From: Nitrospirota bacterium
Lineage (GTDB): Bacteria > Nitrospirota > UBA9217
DNA length: 64,000 nucleotides
Assembly: GCA_963790205.1 (NCBI GenBank)
Contig: CAWBNQ010000001.1
Coordinates: 832,001 to 896,000 of the forward strand
Direction of reading: 5' to 3'
Part shown: piece after piece, positions 9,505 to 20,825 of the stretch
How the letters are laid out: each line of letters opens with the position of its first letter
Position numbering within the stretch: position 1 is the first letter of the stretch
The notes under the pieces: generated by a model
Told to the model about the DNA's origin: nothing
Databases searched by the model: none
The model's input: only the letters and a program-made list of their open reading frames with translations
Translations under genes and position numbers: made by a program

Positions 9505-12192
9505 ATGGAAGAACGCAGGCCTAGTCCCGATGAGCTTCTGGACAGAGTGCGCCGGGAAACCGAACGGAGTCGCGAGGGGCAGCTGAAGATATTCTTCGGC
9601 GCCGCTCCCGGTGTCGGGAAAACCTATGCCATGCTCGAGGCCGCACGCCAGAAGAAACGCGAGGGCCTGGAAATCGTGGTCGGTCTTGTCGAGACCCACG
9701 GCCGTATAGAGACCGAGGCGCTCCTCGAGGGACTGGAAGTCCTGCCCCGCAGGAACATCGAGTATCGCGGCTCCATCCTGAAGGAGTTCGATCTCGACAG
9801 CGCTCTTCTTCGCAAGCCTGCTATCATGCTTGTTGATGAACTTGCCCACACGAATGCCCCCGGCTCCCGCCACAAGAAACGCTGGCAGGACATCTATGAG
9901 CTGCTGGGGGCCGGCATCTCCGTCTACACCACCGTAAACGTGCAACACCTCGAAAGCCTGAACGATGTAGTCGCCCAGATCACGGGCATCAACGTCCGGG
10001 AAACCATCCCCGATTTTCTCCTCGACCGTGCCGATGAAATAGAGCTGATTGACCTGCCCCCCGACGACCTGCTTCAGCGTCTACGGGAAGGCAAGGTGTA
10101 CATGCCGGATCAGGCGGCCGCGGCCATCGAAAACTTCTTTCGCAAAGGCAACCTGATCGCGCTCCGCGAGCTCGCGCTCCGCCGCACCGCAGACCGCGTG
10201 GACGAGCAGATGCAGGTCTACCGGCAGGACAAGGGGATCAAGGACATCTGGCCTGCCGGGGAGCGGATACTGGTTTGCGTCGGGCATAATCCGCGCTCTA
10301 TTCGATTGATCCATGCTGCGCGGCGCCTGGCAGCGGGGCTTCGCACCGAATGGATCGCGGTGCACGTAGAGGCCCCCTCGCGGGTGCGCTCCTCGGAAAG
10401 CGACATCAAACAACTGGCCGACCATATGAGGCTGGCTGAAAGCCTGGGCGCCGAGACCGTTACGCTCTCCGGTCAGCGGATGAGCGAAGAAATTCTCACC
10501 TATGCCCGCAGCCGGAACGTGACGAGGATCATCATCGGCAAACCGACCCATGCGCGCTGGAAGGACAAGTTTTTCGGTTCACCCCTAGACGAGATCGTAC
10601 GCGGGAGCGGCGACATTGATGTCTATGTCATCAGCGGAGACGTTGCAGAACCCCATGTTCACCGTGATGCCGGCGCCCGGACCCGCACTTGGCGCAAAAG
10701 GGAATGGGCCTTAAGCGTGGCTGCCGTCACGGCGTGTACGGTCCTGGCACAGCTCCTGTCTTCCTACTTCGAGCGGCTGGACATCGCCATGATATACTTG
10801 CTCGGCGTCGTTTTCGTCGCGAGCCGCACGAGCAAGTGGCCGTCGCTCTTCGCCGCGCTCCTTTCCGTCGCGGCCTTCGACTATTTCTTCATCACTCCCT
10901 ACTATACCTTTGCCGTCAGCGATGTCCGGTACTTTATCACCTTCGCCGTCATGTTCATCGTTTCTTTCGTCATCAGCAGGCTCACGCTCCGGGTTCGCCA
11001 ACAGGCCGAGGCCGCGAGACTGCGCGAGCGCAGGACCGCGGCCCTGTACAACTTGAGCCGCGACCTGGTACGCGAGCGGGGGGCGATGCGGCTCTCCGAG
11101 ATCGCCATGAAACACATCGGCGAAGTATTCGACAGCCAGGTCGCGATCCTCCTTCCCGACGAGCAGAACCGCCTCGCCGCCGCAGCGGGCGGGACCTTTG
11201 CTTTCACCCCCGTGCAGCAGGAGCTGAGCGTTGCGCAATGGGTATACGAACACCGCCAGCCGGCCGGACTGGGCTCCGATACGCTGCCTGGCGCCAAGGC
11301 GCTTTATTTGCCGCTGATCGCCTCTGCCGGCGTCACCGGCGTCATCGGCATCCTTCCAAAATCCGCACCGGACGGGTTCGAGCCGGAACAGCTACACTAT
11401 CTGGAGGCATTTGCGAACCAGACGGCCATTGCCATTGAGCGCTCCTTTCTGGGCGAGGCGGCCCAGCGGGCCTTGCTGAAGGCGGAAACGGAAAGCCTGC
11501 GGAACACGCTTTTAAGCTCCATTTCCCACGACCTCCGGACACCGCTCTCGGCGATCACCGGTGCGGCGACGACGCTCCTGCAACGGGATGTTCTGCTCGA
11601 CACCGACAGTCGCCTCGACCTGGTCACGACCATCCAGGAAGAGGCGGAGCATCTGAACAGGATCATCAAGAACGTTCTCGACATGACACGGCTCGAATCA
11701 GGGGCCATTCAGGTGAACAAGGAATGGCAGTCCCTCGAGGAGATCGTAGGCGTGGTGCTGAACCGCCTCGGCGACCGCCTGAACGATCATCCGGTAACCG
11801 TGAAACTGCCCGGGAACCTGCCGCTCATTCCCTTTGACGGCCTGCTCATCGAACAGGTCCTGGTGAATCTCTTCGACAACGCAATCAAGTACACGCCCAA
11901 GGGTACGCCGCTGGAACTGTCGGCGTCGGAGTCGTTCTATACGGTGACCGTTGAGCTTGCCGACCGAGGTCCCGGCATTCCGCCGGGGGACGAAGAGCGC
12001 ATCTTCGAGAAATTCGTGCGCGGCCGGGGCGTCGCGGGCGGCGTGGGCCTGGGGCTCGCCATCTGCCGCACCATCATCAACGCCCACGGCGGCAGGATAT
12101 GGGCGGAGAACCGCGAGAACGGCGGGGCCGTATTCCGATTTACCCTGTCCTCGGCGGGGCTCCCGCCGGCGCAGAAGAAGGAAGAAGAGTGA
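9505..12192 (+). CDS. kdpD: Sensor histidine kinase KdpD
   Basis: GAAPGVGKT Walker A KdpD domain, Usp domain, 4 TM helices, GAF, SHDLRTPL, HATPase; ATG at 9505 preferred over TTG at 9487. Confidence 0.97.
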   Translation: MEERRPSPDELLDRVRRETERSREGQLKIFFGAAPGVGKTYAMLEAARQKKREGLEIVVGLVETHGRIETEALLEGLEVLPRRNIEYRGSILKEFDLDSALLRKPAIMLVDELAHTNAPGSRHKKRWQDIYELLGAGISVYTTVNVQHLESLNDVVAQITGINVRETIPDFLLDRADEIELIDLPPDDLLQRLREGKVYMPDQAAAAIENFFRKGNLIALRELALRRTADRVDEQMQVYRQDKGIKDIWPAGERILVCVGHNPRSIRLIHAARRLAAGLRTEWIAVHVEAPSRVRSSESDIKQLADHMRLAESLGAETVTLSGQRMSEEILTYARSRNVTRIIIGKPTHARWKDKFFGSPLDEIVRGSGDIDVYVISGDVAEPHVHRDAGARTRTWRKREWALSVAAVTACTVLAQLLSSYFERLDIAMIYLLGVVFVASRTSKWPSLFAALLSVAAFDYFFITPYYTFAVSDVRYFITFAVMFIVSFVISRLTLRVRQQAEAARLRERRTAALYNLSRDLVRERGAMRLSEIAMKHIGEVFDSQVAILLPDEQNRLAAAAGGTFAFTPVQQELSVAQWVYEHRQPAGLGSDTLPGAKALYLPLIASAGVTGVIGILPKSAPDGFEPEQLHYLEAFANQTAIAIERSFLGEAAQRALLKAETESLRNTLLSSISHDLRTPLSAITGAATTLLQRDVLLDTDSRLDLVTTIQEEAEHLNRIIKNVLDMTRLESGAIQVNKEWQSLEEIVGVVLNRLGDRLNDHPVTVKLPGNLPLIPFDGLLIEQVLVNLFDNAIKYTPKGTPLELSASESFYTVTVELADRGPGIPPGDEERIFEKFVRGRGVAGGVGLGLAICRTIINAHGGRIWAENRENGGAVFRFTLSSAGLPPAQKKEEE

Positions 12193-12200
12193 GTGTCTGA

Positions 12201-12278
12201 CGGTTCAAGCAGTTTAATCTGTTTAAACGGTTTAAACCGTTTGAACGGTTGTCACGGCTTGAACAGTTTGAACGGTTA
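12201..12278. repeat. Array of degenerate 9-bp units (CGGTTTAAA/GTTTGAAC) between kdpD and kdpE
   Basis: cggttcaag cagtttaat ctgtttaaa cggtttaaa ccgtttgaa cggttgtca cggcttgaa cagtttgaa cggtta. Confidence 0.8.
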
Positions 12279-12283
12279 TTACC

Positions 12284-12991
12284 ATGACTGAAGACAAAGA
12301 ACTTATATTGCTGATCGAGGACGAGCCGCAGATGCGGCGTTTCCTGCGTATCACGCTCCAGGGCCACGGTTATCGCCTGGTGGAGGCGGGGACTGCACAG
12401 GAGGGCTTGATGCAGGCGACGACGCGCAACCCCGACATCGTGCTCCTCGACCTCGGCCTGCCCGATCTGGACGGACTGGAAGTAACAAAAAGATTGCGCG
12501 AATGGACCCAGACGCCGATCATCGTCATTTCCGCGCGGGAACAGGAGCAGGACAAGGTGAAGGCCCTCGACGCGGGCGCTGACGACTACCTGACGAAGCC
12601 CTTCAGCGCCGGCGAGCTCATGGCACGGATCCGCGTCGCGCTCCGGCACGCGGCCCGCCAGACTGCCGGCAGGCAGGAGCCGGTTTTTATTCTCCAGAAC
12701 CTGCGCGTCGATCTGGCGCAGCGGCAGGCGTTTATCGATGATAAGGAAGTGCACCTTACGCCCATTGAGTATAAACTGCTGACGGTGCTGGTCCGGCATG
12801 CCGGCAGGGTCATCACCCACACCCAGCTTTTAAAGGAAGTCTGGGGGCCGGCTCACGTAAACGAGGTCCAGTATCTGCGTGTGTACATGACCCAGCTCAG
12901 ACATAAACTCGAAGCAGACCCAGCACGCCCCCGGTTTCTGATGAATGAGCCGGGGATCGGGTATCGGCTTAAATACGATCCGGAAGGATGA
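12284..12991 (+). CDS. kdpE: Response regulator KdpE
   Basis: OmpR-family receiver (DLGLPD) plus winged helix, YLRVYM.QLR.KLE.DP; follows kdpD. Confidence 0.96.
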   Translation: MTEDKELILLIEDEPQMRRFLRITLQGHGYRLVEAGTAQEGLMQATTRNPDIVLLDLGLPDLDGLEVTKRLREWTQTPIIVISAREQEQDKVKALDAGADDYLTKPFSAGELMARIRVALRHAARQTAGRQEPVFILQNLRVDLAQRQAFIDDKEVHLTPIEYKLLTVLVRHAGRVITHTQLLKEVWGPAHVNEVQYLRVYMTQLRHKLEADPARPRFLMNEPGIGYRLKYDPEG

Positions 12992-13231
12992 CGAGCCGCA
13001 AACGAGCCGCAAAAACCTGCACACGGTTTGATCATTTGTCTAAAAATGCGTCACCAAGGCGGCCCTTTCGCAACTCCGTGACAACCACCGTGGATTGCTC
13101 TCCTCGTAAAAACAACAACATGCCGAGAGGGCCATTCTTATTCTTGCAATGGTACATACCTTGCTTTATAATTACCCTCATTGCAGCGCAGAAGAGATAC
13201 AGCCGGAACGCCGGCGGATGTCAGCAGGAGT

Positions 13232-15241
13232 ATGAATTTCATGGACCAACCTGGTAAGCCGTCCCTGTTGCAGCAAATAAAACACCTGATCCTCGGCGGT
13301 AAGCACAACATTGATGATTCGTCGCTTTTCCACAAGCTCGCCCTTATCGCCTTCTTTGCCTGGGTCGGGCTCGGGGCCGACGGCCTTTCGTCATCCTGCT
13401 ACGGCCCGGAAGAAGCTTTTCTCGCCTTCAAGGGCCATGTTTACCTCAGTATCATTGTCGCCCTCATGTCGGGTATCACCGTATTTATCATCGCTACCAG
13501 CTACTCCCAGATCATTGAGCTCTTTCCCACGGGAGGGGGCGGATATCTCGTTGCCAGCAAACTGCTCTCACCCACAGCCGGCATGGTGTCGGGATCGGCG
13601 CTATTGATCGATTATGTGCTTACGATCACGATTTCCGTGGCCAGCGGAGCGGACGCCCTGTTCAGCTTCCTCCCGCCGGCATGGCTGCCGTACAGGCTCA
13701 CGTTTGCGCTCTTTGGTGTCCTGGTTCTTACCGTCATGAACATGCGCGGGGTCAAGGAATCGGTCCTTCCCCTGGTGCCGATTTTCCTTACGTTCGTTAT
13801 CACCCATGCTTTCATTATCGCCTACGCCTTGTTTGTGAATCTTGGAAGCTTCGGCGCAGTCGCCGCCGCAACGAGAGCGGACGTGGTACAAACGCAAGCG
13901 GAACTCGGTTTCGCCGGGATGCTTCTACTTATTCTGCGCGCCTACAGCATGGGCGCCGGCACCTACACGGGAATCGAGGCGGTGAGCAACGGCCTGCCGA
14001 TCCTCCGAGAACCGAAGGTCCAGACCGGCAAGCGGACCATGCGCTACATGGCGTTTTCCCTTGCTCTCGTGGTTATGGGCCTGATGCTCGCCTATCTCCT
14101 CTACCGGGTCGTGCCCCAAACCGGGAAAACATTGAATGCAGTGTTGTTCGAGACCATGACCAAGGGTTGGGGCAGGGGAGGGGCCGTCTTCGTGCTCGTT
14201 ACACTCCTGTCCGAGGCGGCGCTCCTGTTCATCGCGGCCCAGGCGGGTTTTCTCGACGGGCCGCGGGTGCTCGCGAACATGGCCCTGGACCGGTGGTTCC
14301 CGACCAAGTTCAGCATGCTCTCCGATCGTCTGGTGACGCAGAAAGGGATCCTGATGATGGGCGGCGCGGCCTTTGTCACGATGGTCCTGACGAACGGTTC
14401 GGTGAAATATCTGGTCGTCTTGTACAGCATCAACGTGTTTATCACGTTTTTCCTCTCCCAGCTCGGCATGGTCCGCCACTGGTGGCAGGTCCGCGGCAAA
14501 GAGGCCCACTGGGAGAAGAAGCTGTTCATAAACGGCCTGGGCATGACGCTCACCTTTTTCATTCTTTCGACCGTCACGATAATCAAGTTCCACGAAGGCG
14601 GCTGGATCACGATGATTCTCACGGGAACGCTCGTCGGCATTGCGGTGCTCACCAGGCGCCATTACCGCAATACGTTTCGGATCCTTCACCGGCTGGATGA
14701 GTTGGTGAACGTGGCGGAGTCTTCCTGTCCCGCGTTTCCCGGCGAACAGGGGACGCAAAAGGAACTGAAGGTGAAGTACGATCCTCAGGACAAGACCGCG
14801 GTCCTGCTCGTCAACGGCTTCAACGGCCTCGGGCTCCATACGCTGTTCAGCATCATCAGGCTCTTCGGCGGGACGTTCAAGAACTTTGTTTTCATCCAGG
14901 TCGGCGTGGTAGACGCCGGCAACTTCAAGGGGGCCGAGGAGATGTCCCGCATGAAGGCCGAGGTGAGGAAGGAGCTGGACCGCTACGTGCATTACATGCG
15001 GTGTCACGGATATTATGCCGCCGGGTATTCCTCATTCGGCACGGATGTCGTCGACGAAATAGACCGCCTCATGCCGCAGATCCTGGAGCGTTTTCCCAAT
15101 GCGATTCTTTTTGGCGGCCAGCTCGTGTTTCCGAAGACCTCGTTTTTATCCGGCGTTTTTCACAACTATACGATCTTCGCGGTCCAGCGGAGATTTTACA
15201 GCCAGGGTATTCCCGTTGTCGTCCTCCCGATCCGGGTTTGA
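13232..15241 (+). CDS. APC-superfamily transporter, KimA/YdaO-like K+ importer
   Basis: ADGLSSSCYGPEE, GGGGY, TGIEAVSNG motifs; many TM helices plus cytoplasmic C-terminal domain; CAGGAG RBS. Confidence 0.8.
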   Translation: MNFMDQPGKPSLLQQIKHLILGGKHNIDDSSLFHKLALIAFFAWVGLGADGLSSSCYGPEEAFLAFKGHVYLSIIVALMSGITVFIIATSYSQIIELFPTGGGGYLVASKLLSPTAGMVSGSALLIDYVLTITISVASGADALFSFLPPAWLPYRLTFALFGVLVLTVMNMRGVKESVLPLVPIFLTFVITHAFIIAYALFVNLGSFGAVAAATRADVVQTQAELGFAGMLLLILRAYSMGAGTYTGIEAVSNGLPILREPKVQTGKRTMRYMAFSLALVVMGLMLAYLLYRVVPQTGKTLNAVLFETMTKGWGRGGAVFVLVTLLSEAALLFIAAQAGFLDGPRVLANMALDRWFPTKFSMLSDRLVTQKGILMMGGAAFVTMVLTNGSVKYLVVLYSINVFITFFLSQLGMVRHWWQVRGKEAHWEKKLFINGLGMTLTFFILSTVTIIKFHEGGWITMILTGTLVGIAVLTRRHYRNTFRILHRLDELVNVAESSCPAFPGEQGTQKELKVKYDPQDKTAVLLVNGFNGLGLHTLFSIIRLFGGTFKNFVFIQVGVVDAGNFKGAEEMSRMKAEVRKELDRYVHYMRCHGYYAAGYSSFGTDVVDEIDRLMPQILERFPNAILFGGQLVFPKTSFLSGVFHNYTIFAVQRRFYSQGIPVVVLPIRV

Positions 15242-15355
15242 CCCTCCCCTCCTGACGAATGCCGCAGCACCTCTCGTGAAAGGGCCCTTATTTTCGCCGC
15301 AGGTCCCGTTTTTTTGGTTGACCCGGCCATTCACCTAGTTTACTATGGTAGCCGT

Positions 15356-18300
15356 ATGCTGCAAATCAGGCTCCATGCCAAATTCCTCGTCCTGGTCCTC
15401 GGCAGTCTTAGTATCTTCCTCGGTCTCTTGTCCTATGCCCTGGTTCAACGGGAATCGAACATCCTTGCTCAAAAAGCCGATGAAGAACAGCATGTTCTTG
15501 CCTTTACGGTTTTATCGGACCTGAAGCAGAGCATGCTGAAGGGGGAGCCGCGCAGGACCCTGGAACTCATGGACGGCATTCGCGGTACCTACGGACTCGT
15601 AAGGCTGCAGGTTGTGAGAAGCGACGGGAGCCCTGCCTTCGGCATCACGGGAGGCAGTCTCGTCGCCATGCCGCAGATTGACCGGGTAATCAAAACAGGC
15701 GAGGAGGTTTCCTTTCAGGAAAACGGCAACGTCCCTCTCCGCACCATCCTGTATCCGTTGAAAAACGAAGGCAGATGCAACAAATGCCACGGCAGGCAAA
15801 AAAACATTCTCGGCGTTCTGCTCGTCTCTCTCTCGCTGGAAAACGCCGTCAAGGAGATCCAGGAGAGCAAGAGAAACCTCACCTTCTCTCTCACGGCACT
15901 GATCCTCATGATCGGAAGCATGCTCTATTTCGCAATCCGGAAGGTCATCCTTTCCCCTCTCACCATACTCCACGAAGGCGTGGAACGTTTCGGCAGGGGC
16001 GAGTTTGAGCACCGCGTCAGCCTGTCTACGAATGACGAGATCCAGGACCTTGCCCGGTCATTCAACGCGATGGCCGGCCGGATCGAGGAGTCTTATTCGG
16101 GCCTCGAAAACAAGATCCGGGAACGGACGGCACAGCTTTCCGTCGCCATGGAGGAGGTCGAGGACAAGGCAAGACGCCTCTATGAGTTCAGCCGTGACAT
16201 GGCGAGCGTCTCGCGTCTTTCAACCAAGGTTTTCAATGCCGAACAATCGCTTGAGCAGCTTCTCGACCAGTTCATGTGGGCCATTGATCGAGGGTTAGGG
16301 TATAAACAGTCGCTGCTTTGCCTTGTCGACCGCAACCGGGTGCGACTGGACGTGAAGCGAGATTCGGGCCTGGGGGCCATGCTCGGAATCACGAGCCAAG
16401 CCCTTGCCGGGGACAGCCCCTTTGCCGCGCTGGTGCGCACGGGCAGGGAATTATACGTGCATGATGCCGGACGGGACCCGGTGTTCAACCGCCCTCAGCA
16501 ATCAGTTGCATCTGAAACACGCGGCCTGTATGTAATTCCCATCCTGAACGGCACGCGCAACAAGATGTGCTGGCGCGAGAAGAACTGTATCCGCGCCGAT
16601 TGTCCGGCCTACAAACGGGAAGACGAACTCTGCTGGCTCGTTGACAATACTCTCTGCGGGAATGCGCTGATCGAGTCCTACCACAATAAACTTGCCTACT
16701 GCATGACCTGCGAGGTATTTCCCGTTCTCGGCGTTCTCGTGGTCGGGGCCCGCCCCGGGCGGCCATTCAGAAGACGGGACGTGAGCGTCCTCCGTATTCT
16801 GGCTGCGGAAATGGGAGCGGCCCTCGAGAACCATCGACTCTACGGCGATAACCGGCAGGTGGTCAAGGAACTGCTCGAACTTCACAAGGTGACCGCGCTG
16901 GCGCTCGCCGAGCTTTCCCTCGACCGCACCCTTGAGGCGTTCACGGATTCGGCCCTGAAGTTTTCGGGGCTGGATACCTGCAATTTCTGGCTGTTGTCTG
17001 ACGACGGACGTGAGCTCATATACAAGGCCGGCGGTTGTCTCGGCCCGGACCCCGGTCCCGGTCCCGAGAGGATTCCGCTGGATGCCGGCGTGCTTGGCCG
17101 CGCCTTCAAACAGAATGCGATCATAACGGAGTATTATGAGGTATTCACCGATCCGACACCGCTGGGAAATGCAATGGCGGCACAGGGGCTCCCGTCGCTG
17201 CTTGCGGTGCCCCTGAAGACTGAGGGCCGCCCCCTCGGCGTGTTCACCGTCCATAAAAAAAGCACGGCCCCGTTTCTAGAGACCGAAATTGCGGCGTTCA
17301 TGCTCTTCGCCAACCACGCGGCCATGGCGATCAATGTCTGCTTACTGAGTGAAGAACTAAAGAGCCAGAACAGGGAGCTTGCGCGAAACATCAACCTCAG
17401 GGAGGGCATCCTCACGAGCATGTCGAGCGGCGTGATGCTTCTCGACATGACCGGCACGGTGGAGCTTATCAACCAGGCGGGCGCCGAGATACTGCATTCC
17501 CGCCCCGCGGAAGTGATGAACCGTCGGCTGACGGATCTGTTCCCCCAGGCCGCGGCGTTCCTGGCGTCATCGGTGGGCCCCTACCAGGAGGTCGAGATCG
17601 AAAGGCAGGACGGCGCGAGCGTTCCCATCGGCTTTTCAAGCGCCTATTGCCGCGCCGTATCCGGCGAGCGTGAGGGGATCATCGTGGTCTACCGCGACCT
17701 GACCGAGATCAAGGTGCTTCAGACCGAGGTGCTCAATAAGGAGCGGTTCGCGGCGATGGGAAGGATGGTCGCCGGCGTGGCCCATGAGATCAGAAATCCC
17801 CTGTTCGGGATCAGCTCTATCGGCCAGATCTTCGAGCGGGAACTGATGGATCCTGCCCACCGGGAATTGGCGCGCGCGCTGTTGTCCGAGACAAAGAGGC
17901 TGAATCAGCTTGTTGAAGAACTGCTGGTTTACGGCCGTCCGATGAAGCTCGTTCCCGGCTGGTGCGATCTCCTGGAGCTCTGGGAGGAAGTGATCGGAAT
18001 GCACCGGGACGAAATCGATGGAAAAGGGCGTCAAGATAAGCACCGGCCTCGATATCGGGCGGGCGCGCGCCTATTTGGACGCGAATCAGATCCGCCAGGT
18101 GTTCCTGAACCTGCTCCGAAATGCCATTGAAGCCACGCCCCCGGGCGGCGAGATCACGATCAGGCTGCTGCTCGAGGACCGGTTCATCATATTCAAAGTT
18201 GCCGACACGGGCGGCGGGATCCCGGCGGAAAATATCGACAAGGTCTTCGACCTCTTCTTCACCACGAAACCCCGGGGCACCGGCCTCGGGCTGGGGATCT

Positions 18301-18455
18301 GCAAAAAGATCGTTGAAGACCACGGCGGCGTGATATCAATAGAGAGCAGGCAAGGGGACTGGCTCGAGGAGCGAAAAGGGACGACGGTAACGGTAAAGCT
18401 TCCGTATCGGGGGATGCCGCAAAGCGCCGATGTCCAAGCATCAAATAACAAATAA
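15356..18455 (+). CDS. Multi-domain sensor histidine kinase (periplasmic CxxCH, HAMP, GAF with Cys-rich insert, GAF, PAS, HisKA, HATPase); +1 frameshift at 18022-18025
   Basis: CNKCH; DEIQDLARSFNAM HAMP; AHEIRNPL; N, G1, F and G2 boxes in the downstream frame 18018-18455. Confidence 0.88.
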
Positions 18456-18560
18456 ATTGCAAATGACACGCGCTCAACCGCAAGGCATTGGTCAATCGAG
18501 TTTTGATGATTTGGATAGTAATTGAAATCCGGGATCTGTAATTTGGGAATTTAAAATCAT

Positions 18561-19913
18561 ATGCCGAGTATTCTTATCATAGACGATGACCAGGCCATCA
18601 CCGAGATGCTGGTTCATTACTTTACCGCCAAACGTTGGGCCGCGGCGGGCGCCGAACGGGGCGAGCAGGGAAGAGAGCTCGCCGAGAAATGTTCGCCGGA
18701 CGTGATCCTCCTGGACGTGAAGCTGCCCGACATGGACGGGATCGAGGTCCTGAAGAAGCTCAAGGCCCAGGGAAGCACCGCCGCGATCGTCATCATGACC
18801 GGTGGGGGGTCCATTCCGAACGCCGTCGAAGCGATCAAGCTCGGCGCCGAGCAATACCTTACCAAGCCCCTGGCGTTTGCCGAGCTGGACAGACTGATGG
18901 ACCGGATCCTCGAGACGAGAAAGCTCAGGATCGAAAACCTCTATTACCGTAACCGCATGGACCATCCCCTGGCAGGCACCTCGCAGGAAATCCAGAAGCT
19001 CCACCACCTGATCGACCTCATGGCGGAGAACGCCGACACGACCGCTTTGCTGCTCGGCGAGAGCGGCACGGGCAAAGAGCTGGTGGCCCGGGAGATCCAC
19101 CGTCGGAGCGTCCGGAACGAGCGGCCTTTTCTCGATATCAATTGCGCGGTCCTGTCCGAAACGCTGCTCGAGAGCGAAATTTTCGGCCACGAACGCGGCG
19201 CTTTCACGGATGCGCGCGAGCTCAAGCGGGGACTGCTTGAAGTGGCGGACGGCGGCACGGTCCTGCTCGACGAGATCGGCGAAATGCCGTACGCGGTGCA
19301 GCCCAAACTGCTTCGGGTCCTCGAAACCCGGAGCTTCCGGCGTGTCGGCGGGACGAGGGACATTCCCGTCAATGTGCGCATCATCGCCGCCACGAACCGC
19401 GACCTGGAAAAGGCCGTGGGGGGAGGGCGCTTCCGGGAAGACCTCTACTACCGCCTGCATGTTTTTCCCATCCAGCTCCCGCCGCTGCGGCAGCGGCCGT
19501 CGGACATCCCGGCGCTGACTGCGTATTTTCTGGACCTGTTCAATGCTACCCTGAAGAAAGCCATGACGGGATTCACGCCGCGGGCCATGGAACTCATGGG
19601 ACGGTATTCGTGGCCGGGCAATGTGCGCGAGTTGAAGAACATCGTGGAGCGCGCGATGGTACTGTCGAGGAACGCGGTGATCGACATCGACATGCTCCCG
19701 CGGGAAATTGTGGGACTGCGGTATGACGGGGAAGAACCAATGCGCGAGCCTCAGGCCGGCAATGCTCATAAAAAAACACTGGGCGATATCGAGCGGGAGC
19801 ATATTCTGGACGTGCTTCGCGCCGAAGGAAGCAATCGGACCGCGGCGGCCAGGGTCCTCGGGATTTCCCGCTCCACGCTCCAGGATAAACTCAAGAAATA
19901 CGGAGTAACCTAG
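18561..19913 (+). CDS. Sigma-54-dependent response regulator (NtrC/AtoC family)
   Basis: Receiver domain; GESGTGKE; ESEIFGHERGAFTDA; WPGNVREL; Fis-type HTH. Confidence 0.95.
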   Translation: MPSILIIDDDQAITEMLVHYFTAKRWAAAGAERGEQGRELAEKCSPDVILLDVKLPDMDGIEVLKKLKAQGSTAAIVIMTGGGSIPNAVEAIKLGAEQYLTKPLAFAELDRLMDRILETRKLRIENLYYRNRMDHPLAGTSQEIQKLHHLIDLMAENADTTALLLGESGTGKELVAREIHRRSVRNERPFLDINCAVLSETLLESEIFGHERGAFTDARELKRGLLEVADGGTVLLDEIGEMPYAVQPKLLRVLETRSFRRVGGTRDIPVNVRIIAATNRDLEKAVGGGRFREDLYYRLHVFPIQLPPLRQRPSDIPALTAYFLDLFNATLKKAMTGFTPRAMELMGRYSWPGNVRELKNIVERAMVLSRNAVIDIDMLPREIVGLRYDGEEPMREPQAGNAHKKTLGDIEREHILDVLRAEGSNRTAAARVLGISRSTLQDKLKKYGVT

Positions 19914-20064
19914 CCGGCGGCAGGCCCGGCCCTCTGAATAAACAGAATGCGCACTTCTCGTCCAACGCCTGCTCCAGCCGGACATTTTTCTTGATTTTTT
20001 CCCGCGTTCATACGATAATGACCCTCTTGATGCAACTACTGACAATTTTGAGGAGGTTTGATAC

Positions 20065-20718
20065 ATGAGGATCATCTTACTAGGCGCGCCGGGCGCGGGC
20101 AAAGGCACGGTGGCAAAACTGTTGACGAAGCTGGACGGGTCGGTTCAGATCTCGACCGGAGATATCCTCCGCGGCGCGGTCAAGGCGGGCACGCCGCTCG
20201 GCAAAGAAGCGCAGGGTTACATGGACCGGGGCGATCTGGTCCCTGATTCGCTGATCATGGGCATCATGGAGAACAGGCTCCAGGAGAAGGACTGCCAGAA
20301 GGGCTTCCTGCTCGACGGGTTTCCGCGCACGATCCCGCAGGCGGACGAACTGGGCAAGATGCTCCAGAAACTGAACATCAAGCTCGATCTCGTGGCGAAC
20401 ATTGATGTTCCACGCGACGTGATCCTCGACCGTCTCACGACCCGAAGAACCTGTTCCAACACATCGTGCCAGGAGATCTATAACATCAAGAGCAATCCTC
20501 CGGCGCCCGGAGACAAGTGCAAGAAGTGCGGCAGCCCCACGATCCAGCGCGCGGACGAGACCGTGGAGGCCATCTCCAAACGGCTTGATACCTACAATGA
20601 AAAGACCGCGCCGCTCATCGGTTACTACGAGAGGAAAGGCATGCTCCTCACCATCCGCGAAGCCGGCAGCGACGGCGTCGTGAATGCGATCAAGAAGGGG
20701 ATTGCGGCGAAGAAGTAG
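20065..20718 (+). CDS. adk: Adenylate kinase (Cys-containing LID)
   Basis: GAPGAGKGT, STGDILR, LDGFPRT, C-x4-C..C-x2-C LID. Confidence 0.95.
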   Translation: MRIILLGAPGAGKGTVAKLLTKLDGSVQISTGDILRGAVKAGTPLGKEAQGYMDRGDLVPDSLIMGIMENRLQEKDCQKGFLLDGFPRTIPQADELGKMLQKLNIKLDLVANIDVPRDVILDRLTTRRTCSNTSCQEIYNIKSNPPAPGDKCKKCGSPTIQRADETVEAISKRLDTYNEKTAPLIGYYERKGMLLTIREAGSDGVVNAIKKGIAAKK

Positions 20719-20733
20719 GAAGTCCTAAAAGAC

Positions 20734-20763
20734 AGGGCGGGATGATGCAATCCCGCCCTTTTT
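20734..20763 (+). terminator. Intrinsic terminator after adk
   Basis: AGGGCGGGAT..ATCCCGCCCT TTTT. Confidence 0.8.
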
Positions 20764-20825
20764 CTACATCACGTCAATCACAAAAAAAGTGTTTTATGCT
20801 ATAGTTGCCGGTCAATAAAATTTCT

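Noticed and set aside
12201..12278. Repeat array as a possible CRISPR
   Set aside because: Units are 9 bp, contiguous, without unique spacers; no cas genes in the window
12992..13231. c-di-AMP (ydaO) riboswitch upstream of the KimA-like gene
   Set aside because: Conserved riboswitch motifs not recognisable by eye; needs an Infernal scan
18492..20108. 538-aa minus-strand ORF
   Set aside because: Antisense shadow of the sigma-54 regulator, typical of high-GC codon bias
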